Shown: in pieces, positions 29,187 to 38,125 of the stretch | How the letters are laid out: each line of letters starts with the position of its first letter | Position numbering within the stretch: position 1 is the stretch's first letter | Assembly (NCBI GenBank): GCA_035304485.1 | Contig: DATGPZ010000082.1 | Span: forward strand, 570 to 64,569 | DNA length: 64,000 bases | DNA from: Acidimicrobiia bacterium | Lineage (GTDB): Bacteria > Actinomycetota > Acidimicrobiia > Spongiisociales > ZC4RG35 | Direction of reading: 5' to 3' | The notes under the pieces: generated by a model | Told to the model about the DNA's origin: nothing | Database searches by the model: none | What the model saw: only the letters and a program-made list of their open reading frames with translations | Position numbers and translations under genes: made by a program

Positions 29187-31252
29187 CAGTGCTCCTCCTC
29201 AGGGGCGTCGACTACGGAGGCGAGCTCGGCCTCCTCCTCGGGCTCCTCGTGATGAGGGTGCTCGTCCTCCACCGGCTCCACGCCCCAGCCGATGAAGGCG
29301 ATCAGCATCAGCAGGGCACCTGCCGCCATCAGGGCCTTGCCCCAGGCCTGGACGTGGTAGATGGTTCCCCAGCCGATCAAGGGCGTTGCCATGCCTACCA
29401 GGAAGGGGAAGTACGACGGGTTGGGCAGGTGGACCGGCTCCGGCGGGTTGGTCCCGGTCTCTTCGAGCTCGGCGATCAAGCGGTCGGCATCTTCCCGCCT
29501 AACTGCCCGGCCCTCGTCGTCCTCGGCGTACTTGCGACGCCAGAAGTCGTCGAGTGACTCGATGACCGGGTTGACGCCGAAGTTGTATTCGGGGGTCGGG
29601 TTGGGAGTCGTCCACTCGACCGTGCGTGCGTCCCAGGGATCCAGGCCCGATGGCTCACCGTGAGTCTTGGAACGCCACCAGTTGTACATGAAGACCAGGA
29701 TCGACAGGGCGATGAGGAAGGCACCCACTGTCTCGACTTGGTTCCAGAGCTCCAAGCCCGCCTCTTCCGGGTACTTCCAAGTCCGCCGGACCATCCCCTG
29801 GAGGCCGAGCCAGTGCATCGGCCCGAAAGTGAGGTTCATTCCGATGAACATCAGCCAGAAGTGGATCTTTCCGAGCCGCTCGTTCATCAGGCGCCCGCGG
29901 AGCTTCGGGTACCAGAAGTAGAGGCCGGAGAAGAGTCCGAAGATGGCGCCGCCGAAGAGGACGTAGTGGAAGTGCGCCACGATGTAGTAGGTGTCGGTCT
30001 GCTGCCAGTCCGAGGGGACGATCGAGTGGGTCACGCCGGACAGACCGCCGATCACGAACAACGCCACGAAACCGACCGAGAACAGCATCGCGGTGTTGAA
30101 CTTGATCTTTCCCATCCACATAGTGCCGAGCCAGTTGAAGATCTTGATCCCCGTCGGTACGGCGATCGTCATGGTGGAGAGGCCGAAGGCTGCCTGGGCG
30201 ACAGGGCTGATGCCCGAGGCGAACATGTGGTGGGCCCACACGCCGAAACCGAGGAAGGCGATGGCGGCTCCGGCGAAGACGACGGCCGAGTAGCCGAACA
30301 GCGGCTTGCGGCTGAACACCGGGATGACCTCAGACACGATGCCCATTGCCGGGAGGATCAGGATGTAGACCTCGGGGTGGCCGAACAGCCAGAACATGTG
30401 CTGCCACAGGATGGGGTCACCCCCCGCCGACGCTTGGAAGAACACGGTTCCGAACTGGCGGTCGAAGGTGGCCATGAAGAGGGCCACGGCGATGATCGGC
30501 AGCGAGAAGAGCATCAGGAAGGCCACGATCGTCGTCATCCACGAGAACACCGGGGCCCGCAGGAGTCGCATGCCCTTGGCCCGCATGTTGAAGAAGGTGA
30601 CGATGAAGTTGACGGACGAGATGAGCGACGCCAACCCCAGGATCTGGAGGCCTATCGCCCAGTAGTCCATGGCAGTGCCGGCCGAGTAGAACGGACCGGC
30701 ATGGGGTTGGTATCCGAACCACCCACCGTTCGGCGAGTCGGCGAGGAAGTTGAATCCGCCCGGGCCTCCGTTCACGGGGATGTTCCCGGTGGCGAGGCCG
30801 TCGGGCGAGATCGGCGCGAGGGCGTTGCCGAAGATGAAGGTCGAGTAGAGGAAGATGCCTCCGAAGAAGAAGATCCACCAGGAGAGGGCGTTCAGACGGG
30901 GGAAGGCCACGTCCCGGGCACCCAACTGCAGGGGCAGCAGGTAGTTGAAGAACGCCGCACTCACCGGCATCACGAAGAGGAAGATCATCGTGGTGCCGTG
31001 CATCGTGAAAAGCGAGTTGTAGGCGCCGGCCGTCAGGAACTCCGATTCGGCCTGGGCGAGGTGGACCCGCAGCAACAGGGCCTCGATGCCGCCGAGGAGG
31101 AAGAAGAAGAAGGCGGCGTAGCCGTACATGATGCCGATCCGCTTGTGATCGACTGTCGTGATCCACGACCACAGGCCCCGCTCGCCGCGGGGTTTCCGGT
31201 AGATGGTCGTGACCGGTCGTTCGGCAACCAGTCGTTCGGCAACCTCAGTCAT
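29186..31252 (-). CDS. ctaD: Cytochrome c oxidase subunit I with approximately 110-aa C-terminal extension (2 extra TM helices plus acidic tail)
   Basis: 688 aa. Heme-copper oxidase subunit I core (WFFGHPEVY, HHMF), followed by an additional hydrophobic segment and a His/Glu-rich tail. Confidence 0.85.
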   Translation of the reverse strand: MTEVAERLVAERPVTTIYRKPRGERGLWSWITTVDHKRIGIMYGYAAFFFFLLGGIEALLLRVHLAQAESEFLTAGAYNSLFTMHGTTMIFLFVMPVSAAFFNYLLPLQLGARDVAFPRLNALSWWIFFFGGIFLYSTFIFGNALAPISPDGLATGNIPVNGGPGGFNFLADSPNGGWFGYQPHAGPFYSAGTAMDYWAIGLQILGLASLISSVNFIVTFFNMRAKGMRLLRAPVFSWMTTIVAFLMLFSLPIIAVALFMATFDRQFGTVFFQASAGGDPILWQHMFWLFGHPEVYILILPAMGIVSEVIPVFSRKPLFGYSAVVFAGAAIAFLGFGVWAHHMFASGISPVAQAAFGLSTMTIAVPTGIKIFNWLGTMWMGKIKFNTAMLFSVGFVALFVIGGLSGVTHSIVPSDWQQTDTYYIVAHFHYVLFGGAIFGLFSGLYFWYPKLRGRLMNERLGKIHFWLMFIGMNLTFGPMHWLGLQGMVRRTWKYPEEAGLELWNQVETVGAFLIALSILVFMYNWWRSKTHGEPSGLDPWDARTVEWTTPNPTPEYNFGVNPVIESLDDFWRRKYAEDDEGRAVRREDADRLIAELEETGTNPPEPVHLPNPSYFPFLVGMATPLIGWGTIYHVQAWGKALMAAGALLMLIAFIGWGVEPVEDEHPHHEEPEEEAELASVVDAPEEEH

Positions 31253-31295
31253 GACCTGTTCCCTCCGCTGGAGTCGCCCCTATTCGCCCCGGGAC

Positions 31296-31323
31296 GAACT
31301 TCCGACTTCCGACTTCCGACTTC
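31296..31323 (-). repeat. (GTCGGAA)4 heptamer tract in the ctaC-ctaD intercistronic spacer
   Basis: Plus strand ttccgac x4 ends directly at the ctaC stop codon (minus-strand reading: TGA GTCGGAA GTCGGAA GTCGGAA GTCGGAA). About 45 nt upstream of the ctaD RBS GGAGGG. Confidence 0.9.
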
Positions 31324-31327
31324 CGAC

Positions 31328-32416
31328 TCATTGGTTGCTCCTCAACCAAGCCACCAGTGCGTCGATATCCGACTCCGTCAGACCCAGATCCGGCATGAAG
31401 CTCCCCGGCTTGACGCTCGGCGGATCGGCCAGCCAGCGCTTCAGAGCTTCCTCGAAGTCCTCGCCTTGAGTCGGCAGGACGGCGCCGGCGAAGCGGGTCC
31501 GGTACTCGTCGCCGAAGTGGGTGAGGTTGGGGCCGTTGAACATGTCGCGCTCGACCACGTTGTCCTGGTCGTCGCCCGGCAGATCGAGGGCGTGACACTG
31601 CACGCACTGGCCCTGTTGGAACACCTGGAGGCCATCGAATTCCGGAGTCCCTTCTTCCGGCAACGGCGCCGGCTCGAGTTGCCGGGCGATCCAGGCCTCG
31701 AATTCGGCCCGGTCGACCGCCTCGACTTGCGCCCGCATGAGTGAGTGGGACAGGCCGCAGAACTCGGCACAGTGGGCGTGATAGGTCCCGGGCTGGTCTG
31801 CCTGGAGGCGAAGAACGGTCTCCTGGCCCGGGATCAAGTAGCGCTTGCCGTTGAGCTTCGGCACCCAGAAGTTGTGCACGACGTCTTCGGAGGAGAGCAC
31901 GGCACACACCTCTTCGTCGGCTGGGATCACCATGGTGTTCGCCGTTTCGATCTCACGACCTTCCGGGATGCCTTCGAGGTTGGCGTAACGGAACTCGAAC
32001 CACCACTGGTGCCCGATCACCTCCACCCGCATGGCGTCGGGGTCGCATTCCGTGAGGTCGAAGACCGTCTGCACGGTGGGGACGGCGATAGTGGCGAGGA
32101 CGAGAGCCGGAACCACGGTCCAGATCACCTCGAGCTTGGCGTTTCCGTGGATCTGGCGAGGCTCTTTTCGCCCCGGGCGGTCCCGGAACAGGATGGCGGC
32201 GACGATGATCGCCGCCTGCACGAAGATGAACACTCCGGCCGCAATCCAGAAGACAGGCCAGAAGAGGTCGTCGATCGCCCGGGCGAACGGCCCTTGAGGG
32301 TCGAGCGAGTCGAGAGGAGCATTCTCGACCGTCGGCTCGATGAACTGACAGGCCGACACCGCCAACAGCAGGGCGGAGAGACCGATGAGGCGGAGGAATC
32401 TAGCTGGTGATCCCAT
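31328..32416 (-). CDS. ctaC: Cytochrome c oxidase subunit II with fused C-terminal cytochrome c domain (caa3-type)
   Basis: 362 aa. CuA site HAHCAEFCGLSH. C-terminal heme c motif CVQCH. Confidence 0.85.
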   Translation of the reverse strand: MGSPARFLRLIGLSALLLAVSACQFIEPTVENAPLDSLDPQGPFARAIDDLFWPVFWIAAGVFIFVQAAIIVAAILFRDRPGRKEPRQIHGNAKLEVIWTVVPALVLATIAVPTVQTVFDLTECDPDAMRVEVIGHQWWFEFRYANLEGIPEGREIETANTMVIPADEEVCAVLSSEDVVHNFWVPKLNGKRYLIPGQETVLRLQADQPGTYHAHCAEFCGLSHSLMRAQVEAVDRAEFEAWIARQLEPAPLPEEGTPEFDGLQVFQQGQCVQCHALDLPGDDQDNVVERDMFNGPNLTHFGDEYRTRFAGAVLPTQGEDFEEALKRWLADPPSVKPGSFMPDLGLTESDIDALVAWLRSNQ

Positions 32417-32459
32417 CGGGCCGCATCATACGGTGCGGCGATTGCAGGACCAACCTAGG

Positions 32460-33296
32460 TCAGCTGGTCAGGGCGCCGAGTGATTCTTCGAGCTCGACAG
32501 GGTCGAGGGTTCCTTCGTAGCGGGCCGTGATCACGCCGTCAGCGTCGGTCACGAAAACCCATGGCTCGGAAGGGAGTCCCCAGGCGTTCACCGCCTCGAC
32601 AGGGATCAGCTCCTCGAACGATTGGGCGTCGAGGTTCTCGTAGACCTCCACGTGGATGAAATCCACATCTGGATACGCCGGGGCGAGCTCCTTTACGTTG
32701 TCGAGCACGGGGCCACAGGTTTGGGAAGTGCAAAAGGCGGGGGTGGCGAAAACGACCACCGTCGGTCGGTCGTCGGTCAGAGCCTCGTCGAGCGACAGAC
32801 GGTAGAGCTCGGGATCCGGCTCGGGGTCCGTCGTGATCTCGGACAGCTCGAACTCGTCGGCGGTTCGGGTGGCAACGGCGGGGCCTTTCTCGCCTACCTG
32901 GGGCATCGGAGTGTCTTCGACCACCGTCAGCGGAACCGGTTCGGTGGGCGAAAAGCCTTCGGCCGCCACCGACACGGTCCAGTTGCCGGCCTCCGGCAGG
33001 TCCACATCGACCCGGTACAGGCCCCGCTGGTCGGGGATGGCCCATACGAATTCGAGGCCAACCTCTTTCTCGTCGCCGCTGGGCGAGGTGAAGGTGGCGC
33101 TGGCTTCGATTTCGGGGTCGGCCAGGAACGCCTGGGTATCCGGATCGACGATTCCCAACAGGACCCGCTGGTTGCCCACCGCCAGCGAGGCGGGAGCACT
33201 GGCGACGAGGGCGATGGGCTGGGTGCCGCCCGAGCAAGCCGCCAGCACGGCGAGTAGGAGGACGAGTGAGACGAGGGCGCTCCAGCGACGGACCAT
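32460..33296 (-). CDS. Thioredoxin-fold lipoprotein (TlpA/SCO-like), candidate cytochrome oxidase assembly factor
   Basis: Probable start MVRRW with lipobox LAAC. N-terminal beta-rich domain, and a C-terminal thioredoxin-like domain with FCTSQTC. Divergent from ctaB and upstream of ctaC. Confidence 0.5.
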   Translation of the reverse strand: MVRRWSALVSLVLLLAVLAACSGGTQPIALVASAPASLAVGNQRVLLGIVDPDTQAFLADPEIEASATFTSPSGDEKEVGLEFVWAIPDQRGLYRVDVDLPEAGNWTVSVAAEGFSPTEPVPLTVVEDTPMPQVGEKGPAVATRTADEFELSEITTDPEPDPELYRLSLDEALTDDRPTVVVFATPAFCTSQTCGPVLDNVKELAPAYPDVDFIHVEVYENLDAQSFEELIPVEAVNAWGLPSEPWVFVTDADGVITARYEGTLDPVELEESLGALTS

Positions 33297-33328
33297 GTCG
33301 AGGTCGAGTCTGGCGCTTGTGACAGATT

Positions 33329-34312
33329 GTGCCAACAGAGCCAGGTGCCGGATCATCATCTTTCGGCCGCCGGCGCGAATGTGAGGTATTCCCTTCTGCC
33401 GGTAGCCTTGGTCCTACCGTGGAAGCTCCGGTCGTCGTCGTCGATCCTGTGGTTCGCAGGGGTGTGGTCTCCTCCTATCTGGCCCTGACCAAACCTCGGA
33501 TCATCGAACTGCTCCTCATCACCACCGTCCCATCGATGGTCCTCGCCGCCGGTGGATGGCCGGGATGGTGGCCGGTGGTCGCCACCCTCGTTGGTGGCAG
33601 CCTCTCGGCAGGGGGCGCCAACGCCATCAACAACTGGTTCGACCGAGACATCGACGAGATCATGCGGCGTACCCGTCGCCGTCCTCTGCCCCGACACCGA
33701 ATCACCCCCGAGGCGGCGCTCGTCTTCGGCATCGGATTGGGAGTGGCCGGGTTCGTGTGGCTGTGGGCTTTCACGAATCTCCTGGCGGCGGTTCTTTCGA
33801 CCGCCGCGCTGCTGTTCTACGTGTTCGTCTACACCATGGGTCTGAAGCGGCGTTCGAGTCAGAACATCGTGATCGGGGGAGCGGCCGGTGCCGTGCCCGC
33901 CCTGGTGGGCTGGGCCGTCGTCACCGGCGAGCTCGCCCTGCCGGCCTGGATCCTCTTCGCTCTCGTGTTCTACTGGACCCCGCCTCACTTCTGGGCGCTG
34001 GCGTTGCGGTATCGGGACGATTACGAAGCGGCCGGCGTGCCGATGCTCCCGGTCGTCAAAGGAGTCGAGGCGACCGTCAATTCGATACTGATGTACTCGG
34101 GAACGATGGTCCTGGTGTCGTTGATGCTGGTTCCCGCGGCGGGCATGGGATGGGCCTACCTGGCCGCGGCGGTGGCTGCCGGAGCCTGGTTCATGTGGGG
34201 AGCCTGGCGGGTGCGGGTGGATCCCTCGCGAGCGATGCGGCTCTTCACCGATTCCACCGTCTATCTGACCATCGTCTTCGGCGCGGTCGTCCTGGACGTG
34301 TTCCTGCGATGA
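33329..34312 (+). CDS. ctaB: Protoheme IX farnesyltransferase (heme O synthase)
   Basis: 327 aa. UbiA-family motifs NNWFDRDID. The N-terminal 30 aa may be over-called. Confidence 0.8.
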   Translation: MPTEPGAGSSSFGRRRECEVFPSAGSLGPTVEAPVVVVDPVVRRGVVSSYLALTKPRIIELLLITTVPSMVLAAGGWPGWWPVVATLVGGSLSAGGANAINNWFDRDIDEIMRRTRRRPLPRHRITPEAALVFGIGLGVAGFVWLWAFTNLLAAVLSTAALLFYVFVYTMGLKRRSSQNIVIGGAAGAVPALVGWAVVTGELALPAWILFALVFYWTPPHFWALALRYRDDYEAAGVPMLPVVKGVEATVNSILMYSGTMVLVSLMLVPAAGMGWAYLAAAVAAGAWFMWGAWRVRVDPSRAMRLFTDSTVYLTIVFGAVVLDVFLR

Positions 34313-34407
34313 TCGACGGCGCCGTCATCTTCTTCGTATGGCTCTTCCCGACAGCGGTGGTCAGCTACCTGGTGTGGAGGGCAGTGCGAGCGCGGAGTGA
34401 TCGGTGA
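34309..34407 (+). CDS. Possible 32-aa single-TM peptide translationally coupled between ctaB and lgt
   Basis: MIDGAVIFFVWLFPTAVVSYLVWRAVRARSDR. ATGA overlap with the ctaB stop, and GTGATG overlap with the lgt start. Confidence 0.3.
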   Translation: MIDGAVIFFVWLFPTAVVSYLVWRAVRARSDR

Positions 34408-35306
34408 TGTTCGCCCACATCTCCTACCCGCCGATCCCCCTCTTCGAGGTGGGCCCATTGACGATGTCGCTCCATGGCGTGTTCGCCGCCATCGGCTTCC
34501 TGGTCGGTGCCTGGCTCGCCACCAAGGAGGTGCGCCGTCTCGGTCTCGACGCCGAAGCGTATCAATCGGCCCTCACGTGGGGTCTGATCGGGGCCCTGAT
34601 CGGTGCTCGCTATTTCACGACGCCGGCCGCGCTCCTCGACGGGGTTCCACTGGCCCAGGCTCTGAATCCCCTCCAGGGGAACTTCTCGATAATGGGCGGG
34701 TTCGCCGGTGGCATCATCGGCGGCCTGCTGCGGATGCGGAAGCTGGACCTACCGGTCCTCCCCACCCTGGACGCATCGACTTTCGGCCTGGCGATAGGCA
34801 CGGTCGTCGGCAGGATCGGAGATCTCGCCATCGTCGAGCATCTGGGCCGTCCCACCACGGCGCCGTGGGGTTACGGAATCAAACCCGGTTACGACGTCGC
34901 GCCCCAGCACGATCTCCTCGAGTGCACCGCCGATCAGGCGTTGGCCAACGGCTTGTGTCCCGTTCCCGATTTCGCCGCCGCCGGAGCCGTCGAGCCCGGT
35001 GCCGCCGGTATCTATCACCACGTCGCCGCCTACGACATGCTCGGCGCGGCCCTTCTCCTCGGGCTGCTCTATCTGTTGACCCGTCGATTCCAGCTGCCAC
35101 CGGGACGTCTCTTCTTCCTCTGGGTGGCCTGGTACGGGTTCCAGCGATTCCTCCTCGACTCCCTGCGCTTCGGTCTGGGGGACGCCACCGTCGGCCCGTT
35201 CACCTGGAACCAGGTTTCGGGACTGGCGGCTGGCATCGGTGGCCTGGTTCTCGCTTGGTGGATCGGACGCCGCCAGAGGGAGCCCGCCACCATGCCGGAC
35301 GCCTGA
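34404..35306 (+). CDS. lgt: Prolipoprotein diacylglyceryl transferase
   Basis: 300 aa. Lgt signature GGxxGGxxG-like IMGGFAGGIIGG. Polytopic. Confidence 0.75.
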   Translation: MMFAHISYPPIPLFEVGPLTMSLHGVFAAIGFLVGAWLATKEVRRLGLDAEAYQSALTWGLIGALIGARYFTTPAALLDGVPLAQALNPLQGNFSIMGGFAGGIIGGLLRMRKLDLPVLPTLDASTFGLAIGTVVGRIGDLAIVEHLGRPTTAPWGYGIKPGYDVAPQHDLLECTADQALANGLCPVPDFAAAGAVEPGAAGIYHHVAAYDMLGAALLLGLLYLLTRRFQLPPGRLFFLWVAWYGFQRFLLDSLRFGLGDATVGPFTWNQVSGLAAGIGGLVLAWWIGRRQREPATMPDA

Positions 35307-35435
35307 GTGTTGCCAGGACCGTCGCCGTCGATTACTGTGCCCTTCCACATGTCAGCTCGTCGTTTCTTCGGCTATCTCGTCTTTACCGGGTCCGGACCCG
35401 GGTTGACGTGATGGCCTGACGAAACGAGACCACCA

Positions 35436-35470
35436 CCGACCCGGAGCCGGACGCTCCGGGTTTTTTCATT
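35436..35470 (+). terminator. Rho-independent terminator-like hairpin plus U-tract in the lgt/DAHP synthase spacer
   Basis: cccggag-ccggacg-ctccggg followed by tttttt, 30 nt upstream of the DAHPS-CM start codon. Could terminate lgt or act as an attenuator for the aro gene. Confidence 0.4.
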
Positions 35471-35499
35471 CCCGGGGCGTCTTCTCCCAGGAGAAACCA

Positions 35500-36564
35500 A
35501 TGGAACGCAAAGCCCACAAGACCCCCGGCCGTCCTCCCACCATCGTCTCGGTGGGGAAGGTGAGAATCGGACACGACCCGTTCGTCGTCATCGCCGGTCC
35601 GTGCGCCATCGAGTCGGCTGAACAGATCCATGAAGTCGCCGAGGCCGCCGCCGAGGGCGGCGCCTCGATCCTGCGCGGCGGCGCTTGGAAGTCGACTTCG
35701 TCCCCCTACGACTTCCGCGGCATGGGTCAGGAGGCGGTCGACCAGCTGGCGGCGGCGGGCGAGGAGGTCGGCCTTCCCACCGTGACCCAGGTGCTCGAGG
35801 CCTCCCACGTCGAGATCGCCGCCGAGAAGATCGACATGCTCGAGATCGCTTCCGGGAACATGCAGGACTTCGAGCTGTTGCGCCAGGCCGGTCGGAGCGG
35901 CCGTCCGGTTCTGCTGCGGCGCGGGCCCTCGGCGACGCTCGACGAATGGCTGTGGGCGGCGGAGTACCTCTTGGCCGAGGGGAACGATCAGGTCGTCCTG
36001 GTCGAAAGAGGGATTCGCACCTTCGGCGCCGCCGGGGCAGACACCCTCGACATCGGAGCGGTTCCCTCGATGAAGGAGACCACCCACCTGCCCGTGATGG
36101 TCGATCCTTCTCACAGCGCCGGGGGCGCTCGGCGAGTTCGACCTCTGGCGCTCGCAGCCCAGGGCGTTGGTGCCGACGGCGTCATCCTGGAGGTCCATCC
36201 CGATCCTGAGGTGGCTCGGGTCTCGCTGAACCAGATCGGTCTCGGTGAGTTCGAGGACCTGATGACAGCCCTCGGAATCTCTCGTGTCCGTCGTCACATC
36301 GACCAGATCGATCGTCAGATCGTCCGGTTGCTGGCTCGGCGACAGGAGCTGGCCCTGGAGATCGGCCGGGTCAAATTGACGCGCAACCTCCCTGTCTACA
36401 TCCCCGACCGTGAGAGTGAGCTCCTGGCAGTCGTGCGCGACGAGGCGGAGCATCTCGGGGTGGCCGTGGAGCACATCGAGGAGCTCTTCAACCTGGTGTT
36501 GGCCGAGTCGAAGCGTCTACAGCACGAGATGCGACAGATGGAGGCAGCGGCTCCGGCGAGTTGA
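35500..36564 (+). CDS. Bifunctional DAHP synthase (type I-beta) / chorismate mutase (C-terminal AroQ domain)
   Basis: 354 aa. DAHPS/KDO8PS core (AGPCAIES, KSTSSPYDFRG, DPSH), plus a C-terminal AroQ-type chorismate mutase helix RRHIDQIDRQIVRLLARRQELALEIGRVK. Confidence 0.8.
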   Translation: MERKAHKTPGRPPTIVSVGKVRIGHDPFVVIAGPCAIESAEQIHEVAEAAAEGGASILRGGAWKSTSSPYDFRGMGQEAVDQLAAAGEEVGLPTVTQVLEASHVEIAAEKIDMLEIASGNMQDFELLRQAGRSGRPVLLRRGPSATLDEWLWAAEYLLAEGNDQVVLVERGIRTFGAAGADTLDIGAVPSMKETTHLPVMVDPSHSAGGARRVRPLALAAQGVGADGVILEVHPDPEVARVSLNQIGLGEFEDLMTALGISRVRRHIDQIDRQIVRLLARRQELALEIGRVKLTRNLPVYIPDRESELLAVVRDEAEHLGVAVEHIEELFNLVLAESKRLQHEMRQMEAAAPAS

Positions 36565-36606
36565 CGAGTTCGAGCAGAGGGAACTGGAGCTGCTTTCCTC
36601 TACGGG

Positions 36607-37386
36607 ATGACTGACCGACCGGTACGCATCGCCGTCCAACTGCAACCCCAGCATGCCGACTACCGGGCCCTCCGCCAGGCCGTCGACCGGGCAGAGGAGC
36701 TGGGTGTCGATGCCGTGTTCACCTGGGACCACTTCTTTCCGTTGAGAGGAGATCCGGAAGGGAAGCACTTCGAGTGTTGGACGATGTTGGCGGCGTGGGC
36801 CCAGCAGACAGAACGGGTCGAGATCGGCGCCCTCGTGACCTGCAACTCCTACCGAAACCCCGATCTCTTGGCCGACATGGCCAGGACGGTGGACCACATC
36901 TCGGAGGGTCGCTTGATCTTCGGAATCGGCGCCGGATGGTTCGAGAAGGACTACGAGGAGTACGGGTACGACTTCGGCACCCCGAAGAGCCGTCTCGACG
37001 ACCTGGAGGCCGCCCTTCCTCGGATCGAGCGGCGTTGGTCGAAGCTCAATCCGCCTCCGACTCGCGACATCCCGGTCATGATCGGAGGTGGGGGCGAGAA
37101 GCGGACCCTTCGACTGGTGGCCCAGTACGCCGACATCTGGCACGGATTCGGCACTCCGGAGACGATCGCCCACAAGCACGCCGTGCTGGACGGCCATTGT
37201 GAGGCGATCGGTCGAGATCCCGACGAGATCGAACGTTCGGCGGGTGCCCGCCCTCACGATGTCGAGACCGGTGACGCCTACTACGAAGTAGGAACCCGCC
37301 TCCTCACTCTGGGCTTCTCGGGACCCGAGTACGACCTCGACCCGGTGGCGGACTGGGTCGCCTGGCGGGACGAACGCAATCGCTGA
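36607..37386 (+). CDS. LLM-class F420-dependent oxidoreductase
   Basis: 259 aa. Luciferase-like TIM barrel family similarity (short F420-dependent subgroup). Confidence 0.65.
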   Translation: MTDRPVRIAVQLQPQHADYRALRQAVDRAEELGVDAVFTWDHFFPLRGDPEGKHFECWTMLAAWAQQTERVEIGALVTCNSYRNPDLLADMARTVDHISEGRLIFGIGAGWFEKDYEEYGYDFGTPKSRLDDLEAALPRIERRWSKLNPPPTRDIPVMIGGGGEKRTLRLVAQYADIWHGFGTPETIAHKHAVLDGHCEAIGRDPDEIERSAGARPHDVETGDAYYEVGTRLLTLGFSGPEYDLDPVADWVAWRDERNR

Positions 37387-37403
37387 CCAGAGGTAGAACC
37401 GGC

Positions 37404-38018
37404 CTACGAGCTGGTGGTGGGCCGGTCGGTCCTCAGGAGGTCACCCGCCGCCGCCAGGATCTCATGGAGGGCGAGCTGTCGGGTCATGCCCGGCTCGCCC
37501 ACCACCACTTGGAGACCGTAGGCGTCGGCCAAGGCGATGATCGTCCTCGCCACCAGATCAACGGGTAGCGCGGGGGAGAAGACCCCAGCGTCCATCCCGG
37601 CCTCGATGATCGAGGAGTAGATCTCGACCTGACGTTCGTGCAGCGTGGATGAGAGCTCCCGATACGTCTCGATGAAGCTCGGCTCCCCGGCGAACTGGTA
37701 CATGATGATCGAATCGACGTCGTCCGGCCCGGTGGGCAGGTCCTGCAGCACGGCGTCGGTGAGGCGAGTCCAGGGATCCCGGCTGCCTTCGAGGACCCGA
37801 GGTGCTTCGGTGAGATAGAGCTGGGCCTGACGTTCGTAGACGTCGACGAGGAGCTCCTTGAGGTCGGGGTAGTAGTAGCTGACGGCGGGCCCGGTCATTC
37901 CCGCCTCCTCGGCGACGTCCTTGAGTCGCAATGCTCCCAGACCCCGGGTGGCGATCGCTCGTTGAGCCGCCTCCATCAGTTCGCGACGGCGCTTTTCCTG
38001 CTTCTTTGGGCGGGCCAA
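37404..38018 (-). CDS. TetR/AcrR-family transcriptional regulator
   Basis: 204 aa. N-terminal HTH LRLKDVAEEAGMTGPAVSYYY. Divergent from the SAHH-like operon. Confidence 0.8.
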   Translation of the reverse strand: MARPKKQEKRRRELMEAAQRAIATRGLGALRLKDVAEEAGMTGPAVSYYYPDLKELLVDVYERQAQLYLTEAPRVLEGSRDPWTRLTDAVLQDLPTGPDDVDSIIMYQFAGEPSFIETYRELSSTLHERQVEIYSSIIEAGMDAGVFSPALPVDLVARTIIALADAYGLQVVVGEPGMTRQLALHEILAAAGDLLRTDRPTTSS

Positions 38019-38125
38019 GGTCTCCTCTCAGAACGGGCGGCACCCTCCGTGGCCGGCTGGAGCATCTATTGGGGCGGCCCGCATAGTTTTTTGTGCAGCA
38101 TAAAGAATCATGCCAGGCTACGGCA

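Noticed and set aside
29660-31744. 694-aa plus-strand ORF
   Set aside because: It is antisense to ctaD/ctaC, which have unambiguous heme-copper oxidase motifs.
35383-36474. 363-aa minus-strand ORF
   Set aside because: It is antisense to the DAHP synthase/chorismate mutase gene, which has strong family motifs.
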